Source of the DNA: Hyaloraphidium curvatum SAG 235-1
Lineage: Eukaryota > Fungi > Monoblepharomycota
NCBI GenBank assembly: GCA_025558095.1
Contig: JAIVFI010000034.1
Location: forward strand, 372,001-436,000
Reading direction: 5' to 3'
Length of the DNA stretch: 64,000 bases
Shown: piece by piece, positions 17,379 to 29,488 of the stretch
Numbering within the stretch: the first letter of the stretch is position 1
Layout of the letters: every line of letters starts with the position of its first letter
Notes under the pieces: generated by a model
Seen by the model: the letters and a program-made list of their open reading frames with translations, nothing else
Told to the model about the DNA's origin: nothing
Database searches by the model: none
Translations under genes and position numbers: made by a program

Positions 17379-19436
17379 CTACAAAGCCATCAACTCCTCG
17401 TAGAACTCTCGGTGCCGTGCCTCGGTGTGCGTCCAAATCTCCTCCAATCGAGCCGTCTCGTCCACCACGTACTCCGGGAAGGGGCTACGTAGTGCTGTGA
17501 TGGTGGCAGCATCCATGGGTGCAGTCAAAACAAAGTCATCCAACGTCGTGAATCGTGAGAGCGCGGTGTACATGCGCTGGATCTGTGATCCTTTTGCTGA
17601 CGGATTGTGGATCAATCTTCAAATCCAGCACCGCCCCAGTCAGTGTTTGCCCTTGGGAAAAGTGCACAGTCATGGCATCGCATGGAGTGAGCTTGATCTG
17701 CTTCCTGGTCACTCCGATGTCCTTCTTTCGGTCCCCCGGCATCTTCAACTGCACCATTTTGGATGCTGTTTCTGCTGATAGGGGGATATGGTTCGGTGGC
17801 AACCCTGCCAATTTGAACGGTCGCAATGGGTCCACGACCTCCACAATGATGTAGTCAGGAACAGGCACGTTCCGAACGTCTTGCCCAGGGTACCGAGAGT
17901 CAAAGGACCACTGCTCGGGAGTCAGGGGGTTCTTCCAGATGATGCGTCGAAGGATCACCACTGAACCATTGCAAGCCCCCACAGAAGTGGCCACATTGGC
18001 ACGCAGGAAATACCGGTGCCCAATCACCAAAGGCAAAACACCCAAGAGGTAGTCCAGTTGAGCATCCGACACTGCAAGAAGGCGGAGCTCTTCCACGGGA
18101 GTAAAAGCCTTGTGGCCTTCGTAGGGCTTGTCCATTGCTTTGACCAGGAACACAGTCAAGCCGTGCCGTGCAGCAAATTCAAACACTCCGTCCATGGCAA
18201 AGGCCTCCTTGGCAAGGTTGGTGTAGGTGAGCACACTGAGGTCACGGTAATGTTCATCCGACACGCGAATCAGTCTTCCTTCTCGCGGATGAGAAGCAGG
18301 GTATCTTGCAAGCCCAAGTGCTCGGCCATTCACGAGGTTCATTTGGTGGTCAGTCACGTTATTATTTCTCTTGGCTCCCGGTTGTGGGACAGTGCGCATG
18401 GCTTCCAGAAGGCTCGTGAGTCTGGGATCCTGTGACCGGCGATTCTGCTGCAGAATTACGCATTCTTCGAAAAAGTTCACCCAAAGAAGACGGCCCTGAA
18501 CCAGGGCGAGTGATTTTGCTTGCTTTGCAGGGCCTGCACTGGCCAATGAGACGGCCCCCACAGGTGGTAGCTGGTAAAAGTCGCCGCAAGCCTTGATGTG
18601 GGTGCCTCCAAACATGGGCATCCACGGACGACAACGCGCGCGCTTTCATCCTGTGCAATCTGCTGGAAGAACCGAGTCTGCTGGATCATCTGGCGACGAG
18701 CTATCTCGCGCTGCTCGCCGCGGCGCTGAATCATGAAACCGATGTCGATGCCAGGGTAATCAGCGGCCCTGATCTTCTTGAAGGCATAGTCCAGTATGCT
18801 GAGGAGCAATTGACCAACCATTCCCATCTCATCCAAGACGAAGAACCAGCAATCTTGAAGCTCTTCCCTCAGCTTGTGGATGTTGCGGTCCACACACGCC
18901 ATGTAGTGCTCCTTCTGGCCGGGCTTCTTGCCCTTCCCTTTCTTCCCCGTGTTTTCAATGTTCAGCATTAGCACCTCGTGCAGAGTGCCCGACAGCCCTG
19001 GCATTTGAGCAGCAGCTTTCCCCGTGAGAGAAGCGGCTCTGAACCAGTTTTGCCTTCCCAGGAGGTCCGCCATGTGATAGATCGGTTTGTCCGTGAAGGT
19101 CTTGCCCGACCCTCCTTGGCCCAAGAGGATCAGACCACTCCCACGAGGGGGCTTTTGTCGCGTGGCAACTGCAATGTGCCTCTTGTACAGCTTCCTCCCC
19201 CAGATGGCCACTGCATACCGTTGCTCCCTGTTGAGGTCATAGTGGTCCATCACTTTCCTCAGCAGCAAACGGGACTTGCGTTCCATCTCCTCTGGGTCAC
19301 CAGCAGCACGTGGATCTCGTAGCCACTTTCCCAGGCTCTCCATGGTCTCTTCCACGAGACCACCTCTGTCCACATCGTAGTTGGCACCAAGGGAAGCACT
19401 TGGACCGCTTTGCTGCACCTGGTCATCAATGACCAA
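17379..19436 (-). pseudogene. Pif1-family (SF1B) helicase of the Helentron, frameshifted
   Basis: GQGGSGKT, DEMGMVG, FGG...GDFYQLPPV, LQQNRRSQD, CNGS, AMTVHFSQGQTL and MYTALSR spread over three frames. Confidence 0.9.
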
Positions 19437-20199
19437 GGCTCCAGGTGATGATTGGGCACACTTGCCAGCATGGACCTGTCCACAGGTAACATGCTCGGCT
19501 GAGTCAAAGGTTGCACGTGGTTGTCCGAAGGACCATTGTCCACTTCAATGCGACCTTTCACTGTCTTTGTCCTCTTCTCGGTGACCAGCTGTTTCTTCCA
19601 CGCAGCCATGGAAACCTCCGCTCCCATTTCAGAGGAAGGAAATGCAGCGTCCTCTTTAGCGGGCCTGGGCTTCACAGTTGCGGCGTGTTTGTCCGCTGGC
19701 CATCTGGAAGCGGCGTGCACCCGGTCTTTGAGTGCAGCCAAGTGTGCCTGCGGCTCATGTTCCCCCAGTTCGAGATCATCCTCCGCTCGCAGGTGGTCTA
19801 TGGCGGCCCCAAGGTTGCCTTCACCAAAAATAGCCTCCAGATCCGTGACGTAGTTGGGATTGCGCCGCTCGGGGCCCGTGGAACCTCTTGGCCCTTCATA
19901 GCCATCACCAAACCCTGCCTCTTGCAAAGCACCTGCAGATTCAATTCCTTCGGGATCCTCTCCAGGGTCCAGCCCATCCTCATCCTCATCATCGCTGTCA
20001 TCACCTGTCCGCATTGCCAATCGCCCTTTACGTGTGACATAGGTGAGAGGAGAACTCGATGCATCTGGTCCGTCCATGGCAGGCCTGCTGATGCTTTCCT
20101 CCCCACCGGAGCGTGATGCACCTGGCCTGCTTGACTGGCCACCAAGTCCCGCGACGAGTTCAGATTGGTTTTTGCTGCTGCGGTACCAACCGGCAGGAT

Positions 20200-21086
20200 T
20201 CCAAGCGTGTCCAACATGTCCGTCCCAGCTTCACCGGACCGTAAAAACCAGCGAAGCCATGCAAATTGCCATCACCTCCAACACTGGCAATCCGCTTCTC
20301 TACGCCTTCCCGGATGTCTGGGTCCTCGACAACGCATACAGGAAGATACTCAGGCACCCCGTCCTCCGGAAGGTTGCATGCCTCATCAATCTCAATGTCC
20401 TCATAATCCTGTTGTTTTTCTTCAACCACCCCAGAAATGCAAGCACTTTCTGCTTCCTGATTCGCATGGTTCGTACGAATGATGGATCATCACGGGCTTT
20501 ACCACTTCCTAGAAGAACAACCACAATTTCCCCAGCAAGGTCTTCCAGTGCATGGGGCAGCTTCTTCGCCACGCCATTGTTGTCCCCTGGTACAATCACA
20601 AAACTCCCTCGGAGGGCAACATGCTCTCCTTTGTGTCCCTGAGGTTCAGTGAGGTGCACAATGGTCATTCTCGACCTAACAGCAGCGCTACAATCTTCTC
20701 GCAGTACGTGAGGTCGGCAAACTGCTTGGGCAGAGGTCCAGTCCAGTTTCCGTTTGCCAAAGCCACGGCCGGAGTTTTCTTTTTGTACCCGTGGTGGCAA
20801 TCACCACACAGGCGAACAACGCGCACCCCGCCGGGAGTTGTATGAATACCCTCTTTTTGCAGTACCATGTCATCCGCAAAAACTCGGCGCGCAACTCGGG
20901 GTTATCCGCGATGGTTGGGTGAAGCAAAAGGTCGGCAGGCGCCGTGAAGAGTCCGCTTTTTCCCACGTCCACGTAGTTGACGGTGGTGGAATGACGCTTG
21001 AAGCACAGACGCGCACACGACCCGCAGGCTTCCTGCTCCATGGCTTCCTCACTGACCGCATCCAACCAGGCTTCCATGCACTTCAT
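20200..21086 (-). pseudogene. Helitron N-terminal DUF6570-like domain, frameshifted
   Basis: CGSC...LCGDC...PAVALANGNWTGPLP.QFADLTYCE / LRGSFVIVP...LPH / IRKQKVLAFLGWLKKNN / YEDIEID. Confidence 0.75.
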
Positions 21087-22830
21087 TCGTTCCGCATTGT
21101 TTTCTGGAGGACAAACAAAGCAAACCCGTGTGGAACGTTACAGGGGTCGACACGGACGCTGGCACACATCCCGAACGGTCTTGACGAACCGAGCGCGGGC
21201 AAAGCCCTTGGTAGTTGAGTAGGCGGGATCGACAAGGGGGTCCACCGAGGAGGCTGCCGAATCTGCCGAGCGTGGCCTGTGAGATCACTACCACGATGCG
21301 AAGCCGCCTGCCACGAACTGTTGCCACTTGCTGACGCGGAAGTGCCGCGGCCGGGCGCAAAAGGGACGGGCTCCGTCCGGCCGTGTCGCGCTCGAGATTT
21401 GTGCCAGATGAACCTAAGAAGAGAAATAAAACCAACGGTCGAAGCGGGACCGAACGTGCGGAGGCAAACCTGCAATCGGGATGTCAATGTCCATAGGATC
21501 CACACAGCGTGTGCCCCCGGCCCTCGCGCTTTCGTTTCCGCAACAATCGCGATCTGCGGGACGGAAAGCAAAATGAGGCCGGAAGGCACGCGCAAACAGA
21601 CAACGCACCCAGGATCGGGTCAACGGTCACCGGACTTGCCGCTCCCGCTACCCGAACACGCTTCCTGGGGGATCCTGCAAGGCACAGCAATCACGATCTG
21701 CCCTTGCACACCAAGCGCCTCTCAAACCCACCCAACGTAGTGCCCGCAATCGGCGCGTCCGTGGGTTGCGTGGCCCGGCGTTTGGTGGGTGACGCTGGAA
21801 GGGAGGGTCAAAAGGTGCAACGCGTTGCGCCCAAATCGGCGTCCGCCCACAGTGCCGGGAGCAGGCCTCGGATCCAAGATTGGTCTTTTCCACCTCGAAG
21901 GTTTCGGAACGCGCTGCACGCGATTCGCAATCAGAACACCCGGCGGGGCTGCGCACGACCGTGTCCAACCTTCCCCACATTCAGAACTAACACATCCGTC
22001 GTCATGCCACGACTCTGCAACGGCAAAAGAAACGTCCTCTTCGCGCGCGTAGATAATGACCGTGTGAGCGGCGGCAACGGGTGCTGTAACGCCGCGCTCA
22101 ACGCACCTGACCGTGCACGATGCCGAGACTTGTTCTTCGCAACGGCATTCCCTGCCCGAAGTTCGGCGCGTTCCTCTTCCGACATAGACGCTACTTTGAC
22201 GCTTTGGCACACGCGGTTGTAGATCGTCCTTCGTTGAGCTGCGGAAAGGGATGGAGTGCGTCGTACCGCGTCCGCCACTGCGGCCTTGGCCGCGGCCGCG
22301 GGGCTCTGTTTCGGAATCGCGGTTTCTGGCGGCGTGCCAACGGTCGGGAGAACAGGCGACAACGAGCCAGGGAGCTGACCCGACGGCGCGCTCATCGCGC
22401 CGTTGTCCGCGAGCCACTACGGCCGGGAGGGGTCAATGCGGTCGGTGTAAGCTTCGTACCGCCTTACCCCGTAAACCACTGCACCAGAACCGCCAAAAGA
22501 AGTCGCCCTCGTGAATGCTAGGTGCAGAACGGCGACCGCGGCGCAGAAGGCCACCAAGCGACCGCAGGCGGAGACCCTGGTCCGCATTGAACTGCCGCAC
22601 CCGCCGGCACACAACGGGGCGCAGCGAGCGACACGGAAAGCGCCCCCGTGCAGACGCCGATGCTGCCGCAGAGAGGCACACGCCGGTCCGCACGTTTGGT
22701 TCGGTGTTGGCCCCGCCACGGTGATAATCCCTTGGTGAGTGACATTCGTCTTGCCCCCCCTCCACTTGCCACACACTTTTTCCCCAACCTTTTGACTCGA
22801 TTTTGTACCAAAATCTATAGTCAAAAGGCA

Positions 22831-23088
22831 AGGCTTTTGACACGGTGGAGCGCCCGAGGTTGTGGAGGAAGCTGGAGGAGATGGGTGTACCCAGACAGGT
22901 TGTTGACATGTTTGAGATGGCATTTGGGCGGGTGTGGGGAAGGCTCCGGGATGAGGCCGGCACCAAGTCGGACTTCATCAAGTTCCCTACTGGAGTGAAA
23001 CAAGGGGACCCCTCTCATCCCTGTTCTTCATCCATCTTGTTCATCAACGACATCACGCTTTCATGGAGGGCAATGGTGCAAAGGGGAT
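22831..23088 (+). mobile_element. LINE copy B, part 3 (decayed)
   Basis: Resumes at KAFDTVERPRLWRKLEEMG...GVKQGDP. Confidence 0.88.
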
Positions 23089-23342
23089 GAATAGAATGGT
23101 ATTGGTGACCCGGACCTGCCCTGGCTTGGCCGCTGTTACACCATCAGTTTGCTGCTAATTTGAAGCTTGTTGTCGTGCATCTTTTTCATTTTCCCCGTTT
23201 TCTGTCCTTCATGGACTTTGAGATGAAGCTGGCAATGATGGCCTTCTCCTTTTGCCACCTCACTTTGATCGTTCCACTTGCGGCCCAGTGCTTTCAGTCT
23301 GGTCTGCAGCTTCTGGCGCCGCTCTGCATTTGCTGAACAGTG
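23089..23342 (-). mobile_element. LINE copy D: 3'-terminal fragment, antisense to copy B
   Basis: Same 3' tail and UTR as copy C (aatagaat(g)gtattggtgacccggacctgccc) and HCSANAERRQKLQTRL, with internal deletions. Confidence 0.85.
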
Positions 23343-23649
23343 CCTTGCTGCGCCCAGTGCACCTCCCTGGGCATCTGTCAGTGCTGGGAGCGAGATGCAG
23401 CAAGGTCCGCGGGAATGCGGCGCGGATGATGAGCCGGGATCGCAGATGGGTCTTGCTGGTGATGGGCAGCCGTGGCCAACCCACGCCCCTGGACGGACAC
23501 TCTCCCTGGTGCAGGCCGCTCCAGAAGCACGTGGCGCGTTTCCAGATGCTGCCCACACCGTCGTGCAAGGCAGCTACGTTTGGTTCTGGGGTGGCACAGG
23601 GGTTGGGGGCGGCTCCTCTGGTCCGGCACCATTGCGAACTCGGAAGCCT

Positions 23650-26262
23650 GATGCCAGCGATCCACAGGCGCATCCTCGTCTAGAGCCCCGCGGGGACGCA
23701 AGCCGAGTGTGGCGCAGCAAACCCATGGCGGATCATCCGCCAAAGCATCGCAGCCACCCCCAGGAGGATCCGCATCCAAGAGAGGAAAGGCCAGCGACGG
23801 CGAGCCCAAGGTAAAGGGTAGATGAAGCGTAGCTCCTGTACCGGTCGTTAATCCGATGCCCTGCTGCGCTGAACTCGATGCGCAGGATCCACGCGAGGAC
23901 GCCATCAAACACATCGAGTACACCATCGAGCAAGCAATCGAGCAGGCCCAGCAAGGCCTCGGGAGCAAGCAAAACTCTTCAGCTCTTGTTGCGCTCGCAA
24001 ACGGCTCTTTCCGTGAGTTCCTCGCAGCCCAGCTGGCCCCCCCGCCGGAGGACCCGGACCCCGCCCAGATCAATGATCTTCCAGGCGAGAACATGACGGC
24101 CGTCGTCTTCGCCCTCCAGCAATGCAGCAGGCGCATCCAGGCGTGCGAACGGCGCACGCTTGCAGCCAACCAGGGCTCGCTCGTTGAGCAGATCCACCTG
24201 GCCTATCGGATGGCTGTCGACGGGCCGAAGATCCGAAGCTTCCTCTGGCGCTTCCTTCCATGGCCGGACTTCACCCCGGACGACTTGATTGGTGGCAAGG
24301 CCACAGGCATCCATCCCTCCGTGTTCAAGATCGCCGGCTTTGATGTGCCAGACCTGCGCCGGACCTACGCATGCATCCTGTTCCTCGTCGCCACGCGACT
24401 CGGCCTGTACCGGAGCCGAAAAGGCGGACCTGCGGAGCTGGAGACCCTGAGCGAAAGTGAGTCGTGGCGCCGCCCTAGAGACATCCAACTAGTCCAAGCA
24501 TCATCCACCACCCACAGAACAGCTGAAGGTGGAGCGCAAGCTCTTCCTCTTATGGCTCTGGAGGATCATGTGGTTGGACGAGGCCAAGCGCAAGGGCGGG
24601 GACCACTGGCTCCTGGCCGGCGCATTCCTGAACCCCTTTACCCCGCTCACGATCATGCCGACCGATGCATCATTCTCAAGCCAGTTTCGGCAGTACGACG
24701 GCGTGCTGAAGCGTCTGGTTGCAAGCTCGATCGGCACCGCCGTGTTTGGACAGATGGTGCAGGACATCGTGGGCCGTGGGGATGGAGATGCCCCGCACCT
24801 GCCTGTGGGCGCCCTTCTTGCACTCCTTCCCAACGCCAGCCCCATTGCCAGCGGCCTGCCGGCCTCGGGAGATTCAGAGGTGGGCGCGGATCCCGAGGAC
24901 GACGAGGATGACGTGGACGACAACGAGGAGGATGCGGAGGGCGCAGATGGCGACGACTCTGCACCGGAAGGAGGCGCGTCCAACCTTGAGGATGATGCCG
25001 ATGGTGATGTGGATATGGGTGGCGAGTCTGCCAAGGGCAGTGGTTCACCGCAGGGCGTGAGTGTGTTCGCGGCCGAGAGAGTGGAATCCCGATCTCACCA
25101 CAGATTTATAGGCATCCGAGAACGCCGTGCAGGCCAAGGTCTATGGAACGCGCATTGCACTCATGGAGGAGAGCGCGAAGGCGTGGAAGCAGCTGGGCAT
25201 CAAGCTCAAGACCCCCTTCTCCGGGCCCGTGCCGCCCCCGATCGGTGCCCCTGCCGACAAGTACTTCCTCCCACATCGCATCGAAGATGCTCTCCTCTAC
25301 AAGGCCCGCTGCGACGCCCAGCTCGCCCAGAGAGGTGGAACCTGCGATGATCCCGTGACGACGACCAAGTGGGCTCGGGACATCCTGCAGGAGAAGATCC
25401 ACAGCGATCGGTTCTCAACAAAGTACTTTCAGCACCAGCGCAATCAGGAGCTTCTGGCCAAGGCGGCTGTTCGCGATCCTCATCTGTTGGCAAATGTTCT
25501 GCTGCGGCTTCAGACGGCCGGTTCTGGTCCGAGGCATATGGAGTTTTTGCAGTGGCTGGGTGGGCTGCGCGGCGTCAAAGATTGCTGAACAAGTCTCACC
25601 GCATCCTAACTCCAGACTACTACGACCAGACCACGCCGTTCCCTCTGGCCGAGTACAGCGAGTACCTGACAAACGATGCGGAGAAGCACCAGAAGCAGAA
25701 AAAGGGTGGAAAGCGAGCGCCAACATACCTATCGTGCTCTTTCAACATGTCCGGTGGCGAGTTCGTCTGGAAGTTTGACCAGCACAAGGCAAACTTCGAG
25801 GCCGGCATTGAGATTTGGAAGAAGGTCGACGGCATCGCGCAGAGCCAAGGCCGGAGGCCAACCTTCCGTGAACTGTTTGATGAGGCAATGGCGCATACGG
25901 CCAGCAAGGTCAAGGGCGCGAGCACCGCGGGCACCCACCTCTACAACTACGGCAAGTTGATGGTGGCGATTGCCGTGGTGTGGATGGTCCTGCTTGGGGC
26001 CGTCGACGACATGGTGGACGATGATGTCCGCATCCTGATGGAGGACCCCAAACTCGGGATGCGGAAGGCAATGGAGCACTTGGGCATCATCAAGCCCAAG
26101 GACTCGGTCGACACCATGGTCGCCAAGTTCGGGAAGATCCACGATTTCCTGAACAACGAGCTAACGGTGGCTGAGAAGGAAAGGGTGCGATTCGGCCGCC
26201 ACTACGTAGAGAACTTGCTCTGCAAGTTCTGGCACCGGAGGAACGACTATGGCACCAGCTGA
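23650..26262 (+). pseudogene. Intron-containing gene of unknown function with an acidic insert and a C-terminal HhH-like 'E..LCK' domain; 5' end disrupted, probable 1-nt frameshift near 25582
   Basis: GT-AG introns link ORFs 23856-, 24529- and 25127-; GVKD(frameshift)LLNKSHRIL joins 25369-26262, which ends ...GMRKAMEHLGII...FGRHYVENLLCKFWHRR. Confidence 0.6.
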
Positions 26263-26649
26263 ATGTATTGGCCCTTCAGAAGATAGATGAATCCCGGGAC
26301 TTTCGGATTGGAGGGTAGGCGCCGAACGTGGAAAGGCTTACATCCTGGGCCCACATCCTCATATGGAAATGAGTGGATGACCAGCTCGATGTGTTTTGGA
26401 GCTCAAAACCCTTCCCGACCAATGGTGATTCAGGGCCGACGAGATGTTGTTTGGGGGCCGCCGCAGTTGGCGGCGCCGCAACCTGCGCCGCAACTCCGCA
26501 CACCCATTGTCAACGCGGATCCCTCCCTTCAAGGACCATGCAGTGCCAGATAGGTACGCCATTCGCGCGTTGTTCGCCAGCAAGAGGCGGCCCGCGCGCG
26601 CAGAGCGCGTCAGGTGGGTCTACTTCCACCTAAGCCTCCGCCCCCGTTT

Positions 26650-27125
26650 CCATGCCCAAGGCCGGCGACAAGATCCCTCTGCTGGCTTCCTGGTGAGTCG
26701 AGCTGCCGCGTACGGCACGCCGTTCTGATCCACCGACTTGCAGGGCCGTATTCCCGCCGCAGCCCGGCGAGACGCTCGCCATCATGGGCCCCTCGGGTGC
26801 CGGCAAGTCGACGCCGCGCGACATCCCGGCCTTCCGCAAGACCACCGGCAAGTGGAAGCAGGACATCCGCCTCAACGGCGCCCTGCTCTCCAAGCACACG
26901 TTCGCCAAGGAGTCCGGCTACGTCGCCTCGGACGACCTGCTCACTCCCTAGATGACCTGCAAGGAGATGCTCCGGTTTGGCCGGCCAGCTGGCCCACCGC
27001 GCAGCGCGAGCAGCGCATCTCCGACGTGCTCGAGGTCATGCGCCCCGGGTACTGCTCGGACCGGCGCATCGGCGGCGCCCTCCAGCGCGGCCTCTCCACC
27101 GGCGAGCGCAAGCGCCTTGCCGCCC
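26650..27125 (+). pseudogene. ABCG-type transporter nucleotide-binding domain fragment
   Basis: GETLAIMGPSGAGKST, SGYVASDD, in-frame TAG at 26949, RIGGALQRGLSTGERKRLA; keeps a GT-AG intron (about 26693-26743); no Walker B or TM domain. Confidence 0.85.
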
Positions 27126-27507
27126 CCGCCGCCAACGTCCCGGCCAGCCAGATGTTGATGGCCAAGAGGTTCCGGAGCTCGGCCATCGCGCTGGTCAGCT
27201 TCGTCTTTCCCACCTTCTTGGATACCCAGGCCGCTATAGTCGCGGATGTCAGGACATTTAGAGAAAGTCGTGCATTCCCTATTCCTCAATTGTCTGTATA
27301 CACTCGTGGGAAAACCCGGTCCACATCTTTGTCATTGAAGAACAGCGCCTCCAAGTTCTGCGAGATAGATGATTCCTGGGACTTTGGGATCGGAGTGGCC
27401 GCCGAACGTACACTAGCCGCGCGATAATCAAAAATAATATAAGAATGGGGACCAGATGATGATAACTAGATTCCATTGGGGCCACTGTTCCGTGTAATAA
27501 AAGGTTT

Positions 27508-27581
27508 TGGAGAATCCGGGAGTCGAACCCGGGGCCTCGTGCATGCTAAGCAAGCGCTACTACCAACTGAGCTAATTCCCC
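27508..27581 (-). tRNA. tRNA-Ala (AGC), intronless, with an atypical D-arm (possibly a pseudogene)
   Basis: ggggaattagctcagttggtagtagcgcttgctt-AGC-atgcacgaggccccgggttcgactcccggattctcca; A and B boxes and a downstream TTTT; extra T in the D-stem and one anticodon-stem mismatch. Confidence 0.8.
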
Positions 27582-29472
27582 TCGACGGTGTTAGGGAAAG
27601 GACGCCGGCTAGTTTGGCCAGCATACCCCGGCCCCCGGGGGCGCGGGGCGCCCGCGGCCCGCGGTGAGTTGTCTTGCACGCGGCAGCAAGCCGCTCCGGA
27701 CCCGCTTGTCACCGTCACCACAATCCACGTTCTCGTAAACCGCCGCATCGTCCCGTGAACTGATCGATGCCACTGGTAAACTGGTGCCCGGCCCATCAGG
27801 CCGCACCGTCAGCCCATCGCCATCTGTCCCCTGCAAGTGTCGCATCATGGATGAGGACAGATTTGGGAACCTTCGAAGCTGTCCATTACAATTGTTTGGG
27901 ATCTACTGCGATCGCGATGGTTGAGCAGTCGAGCAGGGCGGGGAGTGAGTGGAGCTGGGGCAAGTGCCTGGCAACTCATCTCCATCCATCCCGAAAAATC
28001 CATCGGCACCAGAGCACGGTCGCAGAGACCGAACCGAGCCTGCCCGCCCAGGCTGCCGATTGTATGCACCGCTGGGGACGGAGATCCCGCGCACACCACT
28101 TCACACCCCCGCTGTGCCGGCCCCCGCCGGGAGTTCGTGCAATGAGCCCCAGCTCACTGGCCGGCGAGACAGCCGGCGGGACAGCCGGGATTCGCTCGGC
28201 GGGTCGTCGGCGCGCACTCCATCCCCTCCCCGGCACCCCAGCGGTCGTTTGCGCAGCGCACCGACGATGCCGGACCGGATATCCCGCCGCGAGGGAATAA
28301 GACCGTCGGAAAGTACCGCTGCTGGGCTTTCAGGCCTGTTGGTCGGGGCCCGAGCCGGCCGGCGCCCCCGGTCGACCGCTGGTCCGGCTGGCTGAGCGCG
28401 CCGGGGGGTCAGGCCGAGGCAACGGCGCCGGCCGCCGCCGGCGGCTTTTTTCGCGATTCTTAGAGAGTTCCTCGGGCTCCAAGGGGACTTTGCACACCCC
28501 TGTCGTGATATCGGAGCACGGCTCGCCTGGGATGGCGCCTGGTGTCGCCAAGGTGGATGCCGGAGCCCGCCTCGTGGCCATCGGGGCACAGCGATCCGCG
28601 ATGCGGGCGACCGACGCGTGTTTGATGCCCGTGGTTCCACGCGCTTGTTCGTGGAGCGAGTGGGGTATGCCCTCGGATTGACTTCGACTCAGGGCGACCG
28701 CTCATCGCTCCCGAATCCACGCGCACACACCACCCCCGCGGCGGGGCTCCGACGCCGCTCGATACGAGCGGCGCGTCGCTGCCCTTTTTGCCGGTTGACC
28801 GGCGGGCCGTGCTTTCCTCCATCGCGCCCCGGACGGCGCCGAGCCCCTGCGGTACCCCGGGCCCGGCGGCCCCGCGCCGGCGCCCGCCGCCACCATGGGG
28901 GTCGTTGACACGTTCAACGAGGGCCAGGCGCAGCGGAAGAAAAGGCCGACGGAAGATGGGCGCAACGAGGAGCAGGCGGACGCGAAGCGGCAGCGGACCG
29001 TGGACGAGCGCCCCGCCAAGCTCGCGGCGGCCGTGGAGGCGATGGTCCCCTTCGTGGACGAGAGGCTGCGGCTGTCTATAGAGGGACGTCGCATGCCTTC
29101 AGTGTGTGCGATGCTTCTTTGGATGCATGGAGACAAGGACGTGATGTCCTATGCCTCTGCGGTGGTCTGCGGTCCCGTGAACCGTTTCCGCTGCGGCCGT
29201 AAACTGGTCCGGATCTGCCGTGAACCGATCCGGATCCCCTCTAAACCATCCTGTCTCATCATAAACCGGTATGGGGCGTGGGGAAGCGTGAAACTCTGCT
29301 GCACTGTATTCGTCGTTGCAGTGTGTAGGTCATGGGCATAAACGGGTCCAGATGTCCCCATGAACTCCTTGTAAACCATTACATCATCCCCGTAACCTCG
29401 CGAAAGATGAGGAAGCTCGAGCACCATCACTCAATATTGTTTGCTATATGCGGACGTCAGTAAGGGATCAGC

Positions 29473-29486
29473 TAGGGTTAGGTTAC
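29473..29486 (+). repeat. Short telomere-like seed TAGGG-TTAGG-TTAC
   Basis: Sits where the 5' acceptor strand of the adjacent tRNA should be. Confidence 0.4.
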
Positions 29487-29488
29487 GT

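Larger units (their letters stand above)
17296..22830 (-). mobile_element. Helentron/Helitron2-type rolling-circle transposon, decayed, inserted in LINE copy B
   Basis: 11 bp subterminal inverted repeat tgccttttgac (17338-17348) / gtcaaaaggca (22820-22830); 3' hairpin gcaagaagc-aa-gcttcttgc (17311-17330); 5' fold-back 22788-22828; T-run target; internal DUF6570-like and Pif1 helicase remnants. Confidence 0.88.

Noticed and set aside
21722-22100. 2OG-Fe(II) oxygenase (WHDD...H) carried by the Helentron
   Set aside because: The strand before the HxD falls in a probable intron and no other fold motifs are convincing
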